Shown here: piece by piece, positions 8,092 to 17,424 of the stretch
Layout: each line of letters starts with the position of its first letter
Position numbering within the stretch: position 1 is the stretch's first letter
NCBI GenBank assembly: GCA_043820325.1
Contig: JBDREB010000391.1
Location: 1 to 53,372 of the forward strand
Length of the DNA: 53,372 bases
Direction of reading: 5' to 3'
From: Planctomycetota bacterium
GTDB lineage: Bacteria > Planctomycetota > JBDREB01
The notes under the pieces: model-generated
Seen by the model: only the letters and a program-made list of their open reading frames with translations
What the model was told of the DNA's origin: nothing
The model's database searches: none
Translations under genes and position numbers: made by a program

Positions 8092-10635
8092 ATGCGGCAG
8101 GCGTGGATCGCTTTCTTGGCGCTCCTGTTGACGGGGGGATGGACCCTTGCTCAGGAGCTTACGGTGGAGGGGGACAACCAGGGCGCCCAGAATCTCCAGA
8201 AGGCCGTGGAGGAGATGGACAAGGTCACCCAGATGAACAAATCCTATGCCCGCAACTATCTTGAGATCGGCAAGACCCAATACGCGGCCTACCGTCTCGA
8301 GGAGTCCAAGGAAAATCTTAAACTCGCCCTGCGCTATGATCCTGAAATGCAGGAGGCCGCCGACCTGCTCGACAAGGTCATGGGCCTGCTGGGTGAACGG
8401 CCCAGCAAGGTGCGCTCCATGTACGACTGGGCCCTCCAGGAACACAAGGTCAAGGTCCAGCAACGCAAAATGGAGATGGAGAACCTGGTCGATCAGGGCC
8501 GGGCGCTCAATGCCAAGGGCGAGTACGCCGACGCGGCCGACAAGTTCGAGGCCGCCCTCCAGATCCACCGCTGGATGCCCTACAGCATGGAATTCCCCGA
8601 GCTGAAAAAAGAAGCCCAGTCGGGTTATGACGACGCCAAGAAGAAGGCCGATGACGAGGCCATCAACGATCGCAAGCGTCGGCAGGAAAAGGCCCAGAAC
8701 GAGGCCATCATCCGGCTCAGGAAGGAGCAGGAGCTCGAGGAGCGCCGGATCCAGGGGCTGTTCGACCGTATGAAGAACGCCTACTACAACAAGAGCGATT
8801 TCGACCTCGCCGAAAAGCTGGCCGATGAGATCCTGAACATCGATCCCAATAACAAGCTCGCCTGGGAGTGGAAGTGGGAAGCCAAGGCCAAGCGGCACAA
8901 CCAGAAACGCTCGATCATCCGCCAGCAGGACAAAGAGGAGGTCGAGAGCCTCAACGAGTACCTGGACGAATCCATGATCCCCCAGACCGCGCTCATCCAG
9001 TATCCCAAGGGCTGGTTGGACCGGGTCAAGGGCCGTTCGGCCCCCGGTATCGGCATGGCCAATGATCCCGAGTGGAAGATGAAGATCATCGACCTGATGG
9101 AGAAGAAGGTCTCCTTCGACTTCCTCGAGACCCCGCTGGAGCAGGTGGTGCAGTTCCTCTCCCGCGTCACCGGCATCACCATCGTGCTCGACCCGGCCGC
9201 CCTGGTCGATGACATGGGCACCCCGGTCCCCAAGAATGTGACCCTGCGCGTGGATAATATGCGCTTTTCATCGGCCCTGAACTGGATCCTTCGCCTGACC
9301 GACCTCAAAATGTCCCTCCGTGACGAGGCGATCTTCATCGGCAAGAACATCGATACCGAGGCGGCCCTGCGCATTTACGATGTGCGCGACCTCACCGTTC
9401 AGCCCCAGGACATGCCCGGCCCGAACATCGAGCTCGTTTCCGGCGAGGCCGACATCTCCATTTCCTCGTTCGATGAAGGGGCCGATACGATCGACGCCCA
9501 GGCCATCAGCGAGCTCATCCAGGGCAGCGTGGCCCCCGAGATCTGGACCCAGCAGGATACGCGGGTCGGCATCGAAGTGAGCGGCGGCAAGCTCGTGGTC
9601 ACGGCCCCCGACCGCGTCCACGAACTGATCCAGCAGCTTTTGGACAACTTCCGCCAGCAGAATGTGTTGCAGGTGAATGTCTACTGCCGCTTCCTGACAG
9701 TGGCTGACAATTTCGCCGACGACATCGGCGTCTCCATCCGCAACTGGAACACCCGCGACCAGGAGATCCCCGGCGTGGGCAACATTTTCACGCCGAACGG
9801 GACCGGTACGATCCCGACCGCCACCGATGCGTTCGCCAACCCGTCCCATCCGGCCATGAGCGCGAATGGCGCCCTGTCCCAATTCGAGGTCTATCCCGTC
9901 AGCCCGGCGGGTTGGCCGGCGTGGGACCAGGGCTTCGTGGGTGTCAACACCAATTTCTACAACCGGTTGATCACGGACAACCCCGTCGGGCAGTTGAATA
10001 CCGGCCTGTGGTTCGACTACCATGTCGACGGTGGCGTCACCGCCGATTTCACCCTGCACGCGGTCGAGGCCACCCAGACCGGCCGCACGCTCGCGGCACC
10101 GCGGTTGACGGTGTTCAACAACCAGCGCGCGCATATCATGGTGGTCACCCAGCATGCGTATGTCCGCGATGTGACCCCCGTTGTGGCCGAGGCATCCACG
10201 AGCTTCGACCCCGAGATCGACACCTACACCACGGGCACGGTGCTTGACATCCGTCCCACGGTCTCGAGCGACCGCAAGTATATCACGCTTGAAGTGCGCC
10301 CCACCCGCGCCGAGCTGCATGTCCAGCCCGTGCGCGGCTACACGGTCACAGGCGCGGCCTACAATGTACAGTCAACCGCCATAATCGAGATGCCCGAGAT
10401 CACGATCCATCGTGTCCGCACCAATGCCGTCATCCCCGATGGCGGCTCGATCATCCTGGGCGGCATGAACTCGGTCTGGAAACAGCATATGCGCCAGGGT
10501 ATCCCGTTCCTTTCCCATATCCCGTTCCTGGGCCGCCTCTTCAGCCGCGATGTCACTTCCGACCAGAAAGAAACGCTGCTGATCATGATCACCTGCAACA
10601 TCACCCTCTTCCAGGAATTGGAAGCCGAACTGTAA
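8092..10635 (+). CDS. Secretin (PilQ/GspD family) with ~330-aa TPR/coiled-coil N-terminal extension
   Basis: Signal peptide MRQAWIAFLALLLTGGWTLAQ. N0-like segment KKVSFDFLETPLEQVVQFLSRVTGITIVLDP. C-terminal secretin core ending IPDGGSIILGG ... GIPFLSHIPFLGRLFS. GGAGGA lies 5 nt upstream of ATG 8092. ATG 8050 is an alternative start. Confidence 0.85.
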   Translation: MRQAWIAFLALLLTGGWTLAQELTVEGDNQGAQNLQKAVEEMDKVTQMNKSYARNYLEIGKTQYAAYRLEESKENLKLALRYDPEMQEAADLLDKVMGLLGERPSKVRSMYDWALQEHKVKVQQRKMEMENLVDQGRALNAKGEYADAADKFEAALQIHRWMPYSMEFPELKKEAQSGYDDAKKKADDEAINDRKRRQEKAQNEAIIRLRKEQELEERRIQGLFDRMKNAYYNKSDFDLAEKLADEILNIDPNNKLAWEWKWEAKAKRHNQKRSIIRQQDKEEVESLNEYLDESMIPQTALIQYPKGWLDRVKGRSAPGIGMANDPEWKMKIIDLMEKKVSFDFLETPLEQVVQFLSRVTGITIVLDPAALVDDMGTPVPKNVTLRVDNMRFSSALNWILRLTDLKMSLRDEAIFIGKNIDTEAALRIYDVRDLTVQPQDMPGPNIELVSGEADISISSFDEGADTIDAQAISELIQGSVAPEIWTQQDTRVGIEVSGGKLVVTAPDRVHELIQQLLDNFRQQNVLQVNVYCRFLTVADNFADDIGVSIRNWNTRDQEIPGVGNIFTPNGTGTIPTATDAFANPSHPAMSANGALSQFEVYPVSPAGWPAWDQGFVGVNTNFYNRLITDNPVGQLNTGLWFDYHVDGGVTADFTLHAVEATQTGRTLAAPRLTVFNNQRAHIMVVTQHAYVRDVTPVVAEASTSFDPEIDTYTTGTVLDIRPTVSSDRKYITLEVRPTRAELHVQPVRGYTVTGAAYNVQSTAIIEMPEITIHRVRTNAVIPDGGSIILGGMNSVWKQHMRQGIPFLSHIPFLGRLFSRDVTSDQKETLLIMITCNITLFQELEAEL

Positions 10636-10723
10636 TTTTCATCGATCGGATCTGAATGCACGGCGTTCTCATCCGTTAGTGTTCTTTGGCAGTGGACTTT
10701 GAATTACGATCTGTCACAAAGGG

Positions 10724-10994
10724 CAGATTTCCTGATCCCGGCGGAAAATGCTTTGGCACTTTTTGGCGTCAGCCAGGCGCGTGAATCAACCATAGGCCGG
10801 TTTGGGTGGTTAGGGGCGGGTTTGAAACCCGCCCTTTATTGCCGTTTCGCGATTAGACGGGAGGGCGGGTTTCAAACCCGCCCCTACACGGTTGACATCC
10901 GGATGTTCCCCGTACAATCACCTGCGGGTCGAAAAAAGTGCCAAACCTTTTTCCGAAAAACATGACCGGTTACGGATAGGGATCAGGAAATCTG
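10724..10994 (+). mobile_element. MITE-like non-autonomous element, copy B (271 bp)
   Basis: Same 16-bp TIRs as copy A (10724-10739 and 10979-10994). A different 5-bp duplication, AAGGG, flanks it (10719-10723 and 10995-10999). Same orientation as copy A. Confidence 0.85.
10892..10918 (+). promoter_or_regulatory. Sigma70-like hexamer pair inside MITE copy B, reading toward the TPR/ExbBD genes
   Basis: TTGACA (10892-10897), 15-nt spacer, TACAAT (10913-10918), 90 nt upstream of ATG 11008. Confidence 0.3.
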
Positions 10995-11007
10995 AAGGGG
11001 ATCGATA

Positions 11008-11784
11008 ATGGACCGGAGAATAATTCTATCGGTATGCGTGGCGGTCGTGGCGGTGTCAGCCTGTATTGCGGGGGCTGAAGACGATCTCGTGTATGCCGTT
11101 TCCCTTGAAGAGGCCGGGTACTACCGGCCGGCAGTAGGGGAATTCCAGGCTCTCCGGGATCGTCTGAACCCTGAACGGCAGATCCTGTTGGATTTCAGGC
11201 TGGGCAACCTGTTCGTACGGTGCGGAAATGCCGTGGCCGCCGGGGATGCGTATGATCGCTTCCTGGCCGCTGCCGTCCGGGCCGATTCGCCGCGCATCCG
11301 GCAGGCCGTTGAGGTCGTGACCCGGCAGCGGGGCGAGGCGGCCGAAGCGGCCGCCTGGGCCTATGTCGGGGAGGACATGCTTTCCGGCGCGGACGGCAGG
11401 TTCCCGTCGCCGCCGGCGGACTTGAGAAGCCGGGTGGCGGAATTGGAACGGTACCGCCTCGCCCAGTTGGCCGCCTACGAATCGATGCGGGACCGCACGG
11501 CCGCCCATGAACGGGAATACCGGGCACGGCTCCTGGCCGCCGGCAGGGCCCGGTGCTTGAGCGGCATGCTGGATCATGCTGTGGGCGGCACTTGGTATCA
11601 GGAGGCCTTGAGTTCCGTGATCGACGAATGCTCCTCGGCCCTTCAGGGCTATGAGGCTGAACTGGGTCCTGAAGCGCCTTTTATCCGGGGTGTTGCCTAT
11701 AACACCCGATCGGTCGCCCTGATTGAACTTCCCGGTATGGCGGTCCAAAGCGTGCATACGACGGTTGCGGGACCGTCGAATTAA
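11008..11784 (+). CDS. Putative lipoprotein, helical/TPR-like, unknown function
   Basis: 258-aa ORF. The signal peptide has a lipobox-like VSAC. The motif DDLVYAVSLEEAGYY resembles DDIQFAISLNDAGYT in the next gene. Codon usage looks less typical than in the neighbours. Confidence 0.55.
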   Translation: MDRRIILSVCVAVVAVSACIAGAEDDLVYAVSLEEAGYYRPAVGEFQALRDRLNPERQILLDFRLGNLFVRCGNAVAAGDAYDRFLAAAVRADSPRIRQAVEVVTRQRGEAAEAAAWAYVGEDMLSGADGRFPSPPADLRSRVAELERYRLAQLAAYESMRDRTAAHEREYRARLLAAGRARCLSGMLDHAVGGTWYQEALSSVIDECSSALQGYEAELGPEAPFIRGVAYNTRSVALIELPGMAVQSVHTTVAGPSN

Positions 11785-11817
11785 GCGTTCCGGTTTGTTG
11801 GTATATTGGGCATGTAG

Positions 11818-14800
11818 ATGAGATGTGTACTTGCGTGGTGTTGTGTGCTGGTACTGGTGCTGGCCGCGTCGGCCGGCGCCAAGCACGATGACATCCAGTT
11901 CGCCATTTCTTTGAACGATGCCGGCTATACCTGGATGGCGCTCCAGGAGCTCGAGCGGATGGAACAGGACGGCACGGTCAACGAAAAGGCACTGAGCCTT
12001 CTCGTGCGTGGAAGGATCTTTGAAAAGCAGGGCGATCTCCGCCGCCGTGACCAGTCTTTTGAGGCTTTTCTCAAGGCGGCGGCCGGCAGTAACGATCTGC
12101 TGGTCAAAGCCGAGGCCGAAAAGATCCAGGGGCGCACCTGGGATAACAAAGAACAGACCCTCGTCAAACTCGCCAATGATATCGACAACCTTTTGGGGGA
12201 TGCCGGCAAGGATACGGCCAGGATCAAACAGCTCCAGAGCGATGCCCGCCGGACCGGCGACGAGATCCTGCGGTATCGCCGCGGTATCACCAAGGGGTTC
12301 GATGCCAGGCAGGTGAAGGATGGCCAGCTCACTGAACCCGAACAGGTCGAATCCGACCGGGCCGAGTTCGCCCTCGCCCAGACGCTCTATTACTTCAGTT
12401 TCGCCTTCAAGGGCGACGACGAGAAGACGCGCAAGGAGCTGCTCAAGGAGGCCAAGGATTCCCTGTCGACCCTGGCGTTCCTGTATGAAGGCCAGGTGAT
12501 CCTGATCTCGTTCTTTGCGGGCATGGTGGGATGGGAGACCGAGGACTACAACGACGCGGGGCTCCAGTTCCAGAAGTGCATCGATTTCGAAGCGTCCCCG
12601 GAGAACCGGGATGTCCGGCGCGAGTCCTATTTCCGGGGTACCGAGGCGTATTACAAGATCAAGAGGTACAAGGATTGCGCCGAGACCGCCTTCTATTATG
12701 TGGCCCGCGCCAAGGTTGAGTTCACCGGGGCCGGCGACCGGACCGACATGCGCAGCCAGACCATCCGGTTGAACCTGGCCCAGTCGCTCTACTTCATGGA
12801 ACCGGCCGATTACGAGGGAATCAAAACGCTGTTCAACTTCGCCGGTACCCGCGAGGAAGAGGCGATCAAGATCGTCATTCAGATCGAAGCGGAGAATGGA
12901 CCCCGTTCCAAGGATGCCCGCCAACGGCTGGCCGAGTGGGCCAGGGGCCCCGTGAAATACATCGCCGAAGGGGTGGAGGCCTTCCTCCGCAAGGAATACG
13001 ACAAGGCGATCACGGCCCTGCAGAAGGGGCTGAAGGAGATGCCGGCCAGGCTCACCGTTGAAGAACGCATGTCGGTGGTGGCCAAGGCCTGGTATTACCT
13101 GGGGTTCGCCTACTACCACCAGGGCATGCGCCTGCCGGCGATCATCTGCTTCAAGGAGGGGACGACCCGCTTCATGCAGGATTTCCGCGAACGGGGCGAA
13201 CGCTTGAGCACGGAGCAGAAGCAGTGGTTCCTGCACAACCGCGACAACTGGCGCAGCGTGGCCAGCATGTACTATCGCGATACCAGGTCGGACCTGGCGC
13301 TGGATGTCTTCAAGGAGGCCCTGATCGCCTACGGCCAGATCTCGACCGGGGAGGAAGAGGAAGGCGGCAAGAACATGAATTTCCTCCTGGGCGTGATCCT
13401 CGAACAGAACGAGGAGTATGCCGAGGCGAGCATCGAATTCCAGAAAGTGCCCAAGACCGATCCTGATTATCTGCGGACCCGCCTTCACATCGCCCAGTGC
13501 CAATGGCAGAAATTCATCAAGGACGGGGAAAAGGATAAGCGGCTGGCCGATGAGGCCTTCAAGGTCTTCGATGAAGTCGAGAAGGCGTTCAAGGATCAGC
13601 TGGCGGCCGCCACCGACGCCGCCGACAAGGTGGAGATCGAACTGCAGCTGGCCAACCTGTACGGCCGCAAGATCCCCATGCTTTACAAGGTCGAGAAATA
13701 CCAGCAGATCATTGACGACATCGACCGGTTCTGGCAGCAGCCGCCCAAGTCCAAGGTCACCCGGGCCCTGGCCCTGCGCTACCAGATCATGGCGCCGATC
13801 AAGATCGGCACCGGCGATGATGACGCGGGCCTCAACCGCAAAGTGGCCCACCTGCTCAAAGGGCGCGCTCTGCTGGAGACCCTGAAACAGGAGGCGCCCG
13901 AGGACGAGTACATCGTCAAGCTGATGAAGAACCTGGGCTACACCTTCTTCAATTACGCGGTCAAGGGCCGGGGCCAGGAGGCGACCGCCGCCGCGGCCAC
14001 GCAGGCCATGGATGCCGCCGGCGCGTTGCTTTTCGATTTCGTGGAAAACGCCAAGGATGTGGAGGACGCCGTGCTCCGCGATGCGGCCGACATCCTCTAC
14101 GACCGGGTCCAGGATTATGTCCGTTCCGAGAAGGTGACCCAGAAACTGCTGGCCCGGTACGCGCCCTTGGTCGACGGCAAATACCCGCCCAACGACGAGG
14201 CCACCCTCAAGGCGTTGGATGAAATCAAGGTCAAAATGTTCGACCGGGCCGAAACGCGCGCCGTTTGGGAGAAGTTCGTCGACCGGATGTATGACGGCAA
14301 GGGGAAGGATGGCACCCTGCACGACTATGTCTACTTTTCCGGCATCAAGCAGGAATACTGGGAGGAAAAGCCCTGCAACTACGAGTACGCGCTGGTCCAG
14401 TTCAGCGAGGCGGTGATGGCCGAGCTTGGGCTGGGCCCCGACGCCCGCGCCAAGCGCGCCGCATTGCGCGACTCCGCCAAGTCGGACGATGAGCGCGGGT
14501 TCTGGACCGACCTGTTCAAGGAATTCAAGACCGCCACGAACAAGGACCCCCAGCCGCTCGTGGACATGGTGACTTTCCTTAAGAACCGGATCACGGTCAA
14601 CAATTTCAAGGAGCGGCTGGCCAAGTGCTGCCGGAACAACAACAAGCCGCAGGAGGCGCTGGCCATCCTGGAGGAGCTTGACCGTTACTACATCTTCCTC
14701 CCCGACCCCAAGTGGGCCCTGGCCGATGTGTATCTCGACCTCGCCAAGGCGACCGGCAACGCCGATGAAAAGACCAGCCAGGCCATGAAGGCCAAGGACC

Positions 14801-15048
14801 TCTGTGTCTGGATCGAGACTTATGCCCCGCCCACGGACGAAGGCATGCTCGATTATTGGAAAGCGGTCATGGCCGGGGCCGATGTGTGGGGCTTCCTGGA
14901 AAAATACAAGTTTGCCGTGGACAAGCTCGAACAGGCGGTCAAATACGGCCGTTTCGAGTTCCCGAACGAGGAGATCAAGAAGCGGTTCTATGCGCTTTTA
15001 GAGAAATATAAGAAATTGCTTGAATCTGCAGGGGGGGTCAAACCATGA
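11818..15048 (+). CDS. Large exported TPR-repeat protein (1076 aa)
   Basis: Signal peptide MRCVLAWCCVLVLVLAASAGA. It has repeated helical A/Y/L-rich TPR-like units throughout and strong coding-like codon usage. Confidence 0.8.
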   Translation: MRCVLAWCCVLVLVLAASAGAKHDDIQFAISLNDAGYTWMALQELERMEQDGTVNEKALSLLVRGRIFEKQGDLRRRDQSFEAFLKAAAGSNDLLVKAEAEKIQGRTWDNKEQTLVKLANDIDNLLGDAGKDTARIKQLQSDARRTGDEILRYRRGITKGFDARQVKDGQLTEPEQVESDRAEFALAQTLYYFSFAFKGDDEKTRKELLKEAKDSLSTLAFLYEGQVILISFFAGMVGWETEDYNDAGLQFQKCIDFEASPENRDVRRESYFRGTEAYYKIKRYKDCAETAFYYVARAKVEFTGAGDRTDMRSQTIRLNLAQSLYFMEPADYEGIKTLFNFAGTREEEAIKIVIQIEAENGPRSKDARQRLAEWARGPVKYIAEGVEAFLRKEYDKAITALQKGLKEMPARLTVEERMSVVAKAWYYLGFAYYHQGMRLPAIICFKEGTTRFMQDFRERGERLSTEQKQWFLHNRDNWRSVASMYYRDTRSDLALDVFKEALIAYGQISTGEEEEGGKNMNFLLGVILEQNEEYAEASIEFQKVPKTDPDYLRTRLHIAQCQWQKFIKDGEKDKRLADEAFKVFDEVEKAFKDQLAAATDAADKVEIELQLANLYGRKIPMLYKVEKYQQIIDDIDRFWQQPPKSKVTRALALRYQIMAPIKIGTGDDDAGLNRKVAHLLKGRALLETLKQEAPEDEYIVKLMKNLGYTFFNYAVKGRGQEATAAAATQAMDAAGALLFDFVENAKDVEDAVLRDAADILYDRVQDYVRSEKVTQKLLARYAPLVDGKYPPNDEATLKALDEIKVKMFDRAETRAVWEKFVDRMYDGKGKDGTLHDYVYFSGIKQEYWEEKPCNYEYALVQFSEAVMAELGLGPDARAKRAALRDSAKSDDERGFWTDLFKEFKTATNKDPQPLVDMVTFLKNRITVNNFKERLAKCCRNNNKPQEALAILEELDRYYIFLPDPKWALADVYLDLAKATGNADEKTSQAMKAKDLCVWIETYAPPTDEGMLDYWKAVMAGADVWGFLEKYKFAVDKLEQAVKYGRFEFPNEEIKKRFYALLEKYKKLLESAGGVKP

Positions 15049-16154
15049 AGCATCTGACCGCGGTTTTGTGCCTCCTGGCCGCGTGCGCGGCCGCCGACAC
15101 CCTCTTTCTCAAGGGCCAGCCCGCGGGCATCGAAGTCGTTGTGAGCAAGGATGCCTGGGACAAGCTCGTCTATGTGGTCGAAGACACCACGCTTACGGCA
15201 AACTGGGACACCGTGGAGAAGGTGGAGTACAAGACCTACCGCGGCAGCGCCTTCGAAAAGGCCGATCTCTACTTCAGCAAGGGGGGCTTTGAGGAAGCCC
15301 TCAAGGAATACGCCAACGCGGTCAAGAATATGCGCGACAAATGGGTGAAGCCGCAGGGGCTTTACAAAAGCGGCCTCTGCCTCTTCAATCTCGGGCGGTA
15401 TGCCGATGCCGTCCGGGTGTTCGAGGCGGCCGCCGCCGAGGCGGAGAACCGGTACGAGCCCGACGCCCTGCAGAAGGCGGGTGAATGCTATCTGCGCATC
15501 AAGGATTATCCCAAGGCCAAGGAACTTCTCAGCCGGATCACCGAACAGAAATACGGCCCCAACCGGTCGAGCTTCGCCAACGCCCTGATGGTCGACCTCA
15601 AGTTCGAGTCCGGGGATTATGACGGCGCCCTGGCCGATTACGGCCGGATCGTCGCCAAACTGGCCGACAAGCTCGACCTCAACCGGATCGGCATCGAGAT
15701 CAAAATGGCCGTCTGCACCGCCCGCAAGGGCGCGGCCGCGCCGGCCCGGACCAGTCTGGAGGACTGTGTGGCGCGCTTGGTGAATGGCCGCGACCGCCGC
15801 AAGTACGCCGGCGCCGAGGTCGCCCTCGCCGCCGCGCTGGCCGAGGCCTACAACGCGATCGGCAACACCTGGTTCGACGCCCAGCCCCGTGATGCCCAGG
15901 CGGCCCTGCGCGCCTACCTGCACACGGCGGTCACCTACCGGACGGCGCGGGGTCCGGCCGTGGTCGAAGCTTCGTTCAAGGCGGCCCAGTGCTTTGTGGA
16001 GCTTATGGCCGCCGGGATCGACGCCCCGGAGATCAGGGGCCAGATGATCGCCCGGACACGGGAATTGCTTGACCAGGCCCGCGAGCTTTACGCGGGACAG
16101 ACCGGTATTCTCCGGAAGATCAATGAAGTGGCCGACCAGGTTCCATCGAAGTAA
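15045..16154 (+). CDS. TPR-repeat lipoprotein (369 aa)
   Basis: The start overlaps the previous stop (ATGA). Lipobox LAAC in MKHLTAVLCLLAACAAAD. TPR-like units such as YFSKGGFEEALKEYANAV and FNLGRYADAVRVFEAA. Confidence 0.75.
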   Translation: MKHLTAVLCLLAACAAADTLFLKGQPAGIEVVVSKDAWDKLVYVVEDTTLTANWDTVEKVEYKTYRGSAFEKADLYFSKGGFEEALKEYANAVKNMRDKWVKPQGLYKSGLCLFNLGRYADAVRVFEAAAAEAENRYEPDALQKAGECYLRIKDYPKAKELLSRITEQKYGPNRSSFANALMVDLKFESGDYDGALADYGRIVAKLADKLDLNRIGIEIKMAVCTARKGAAAPARTSLEDCVARLVNGRDRRKYAGAEVALAAALAEAYNAIGNTWFDAQPRDAQAALRAYLHTAVTYRTARGPAVVEASFKAAQCFVELMAAGIDAPEIRGQMIARTRELLDQARELYAGQTGILRKINEVADQVPSK

Positions 16155-16179
16155 CAACCATTTTACAAGGAGCGACAGT

Positions 16180-16947
16180 ATGCGGCATTGGTTGAAATTG
16201 ACGCTGGCTGGTGTGGTGATCGCCATGGTCGCCGGACTGCTTTGGGGCGGTGTGGTCTACGCGCAGGATCCGGCCCCCGCGGCGGCACCCGCCGGCGGCG
16301 CGGCCGCGGCAACGACCACCAGCGGGACCGGGCACAAGAAGATGGGTTTGATCGACGACATCAAGGCCGGCGGCATCGTGGGCGCGTGCATCATCCTGCT
16401 CTCCGTCGCCGGACTGGCCCTGGCGATCGAGAATTTCGTCACCCTGAAGGTCGAGACCTTCATTCCCCAGCCGCTCCTTCTGGAGTATGAGGAACTCCTC
16501 GATGCGCAGAATTACGATGAGGCCCTGACCATCGGCGAATCGGACGATTGCATGCTCGCGCGCGTGCTCACCGCCGGGCTCCTCAAGCGGGAACGGGGAT
16601 TCGCCTCCATGGAACTGGCGATCAACGACGCGGTGAACTACGAGGTCGAGAAACTCCAGCGCAAGATCGCGCTTATCGCTTTCATCGCCAACATCGGCCC
16701 CATGCTCGGCCTGTTCGGCACGGTGACCGGTATGCTTGCGGCGTTCAATGTGATCGCAACGGTCGAGAACCCCGTGCCCGCCGACCTGGCCTACGGTATC
16801 GCCCAGGCGCTTGTGACCACGGTCGAAGGCCTGTGCGTGGGCATTCCCATGGGTACCTGCTACTTTTTCCTCCGCAATCGGGTGGCGCGCATTGCCAATG
16901 AGATCTACCTGGTTTCGTCTGATTTTCTGGATCGGTTCCGTACTTGA
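16180..16947 (+). CDS. exbB: MotA/TolQ/ExbB-family proton channel
   Basis: Core motifs IANIGPMLGLFGTVTGM and AQALVTTVEGLCVGIP. AAGGAG lies 8 nt upstream of ATG 16180. An N-terminal signal-like segment plus an Ala/Pro/Thr spacer precedes the core. Confidence 0.85.
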   Translation: MRHWLKLTLAGVVIAMVAGLLWGGVVYAQDPAPAAAPAGGAAAATTTSGTGHKKMGLIDDIKAGGIVGACIILLSVAGLALAIENFVTLKVETFIPQPLLLEYEELLDAQNYDEALTIGESDDCMLARVLTAGLLKRERGFASMELAINDAVNYEVEKLQRKIALIAFIANIGPMLGLFGTVTGMLAAFNVIATVENPVPADLAYGIAQALVTTVEGLCVGIPMGTCYFFLRNRVARIANEIYLVSSDFLDRFRT

Positions 16948-16976
16948 TTCGGGCGGATTGTCGAGGAGCGTAAGCC

Positions 16977-17423
16977 ATGGCACATAAACAGGCCCTCACG
17001 GAGATGTCAGCCGATATGGACATGACGCCCATGATCGATGTCGTGTTCAACCTGATCATCTTCTTCATGCTCGTGAGCCATTTTTCGAGCCAAGTCCTTT
17101 CGGCGGACATCATCCTGCCGGTGGCGACCGAATCGATCAACGATGCGGGCGCCAAACGGCTGGTTCTCAATGTCACCAAAAGCGGCGATTACCGGATCAT
17201 GGGCGTGAAGTATCCGCCCGAGATCATCAAGAACAAGATCCGCGCCTACGGCATCCTGAAGACCGTGGATTACCAGGGGATGCAGATCTCCGACATGAAG
17301 GTGATGATCCGGGCCGACCGCCGGACCCCGTATAAAAATGTGCAGAATGTCTATTTCATGCTCCAGGAGGGCATGATCTGGCAGGTCTGTTTCGCGACCC
17401 TGAAATCTCCGAAGGGGAAGTGA
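16977..17423 (+). CDS. exbD: ExbD/TolR-family protein 1
   Basis: DMTPMIDVVFNLIIFFM N-terminal TM signature, 148 aa. Confidence 0.85.
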   Translation: MAHKQALTEMSADMDMTPMIDVVFNLIIFFMLVSHFSSQVLSADIILPVATESINDAGAKRLVLNVTKSGDYRIMGVKYPPEIIKNKIRAYGILKTVDYQGMQISDMKVMIRADRRTPYKNVQNVYFMLQEGMIWQVCFATLKSPKGK

Positions 17424-17424
17424 T

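Noticed and set aside
11056-14322. 1088-aa minus-strand ORF. Similar long minus-strand ORFs are at 1385-2881, 2977-4584, 5814-8066, 31251-33281, 37721-40552, 44039-46126 and 48739-51006.
   Set aside because: Each lies antisense to a + strand gene that has clear family signatures or repeat architecture (TPR repeats, PilM, secretin, kinase, hemW and others). Their translations are Arg/Gly/Pro/Leu/Asp/His-rich with no motifs, as expected for stop-poor antisense frames in GC-rich DNA.
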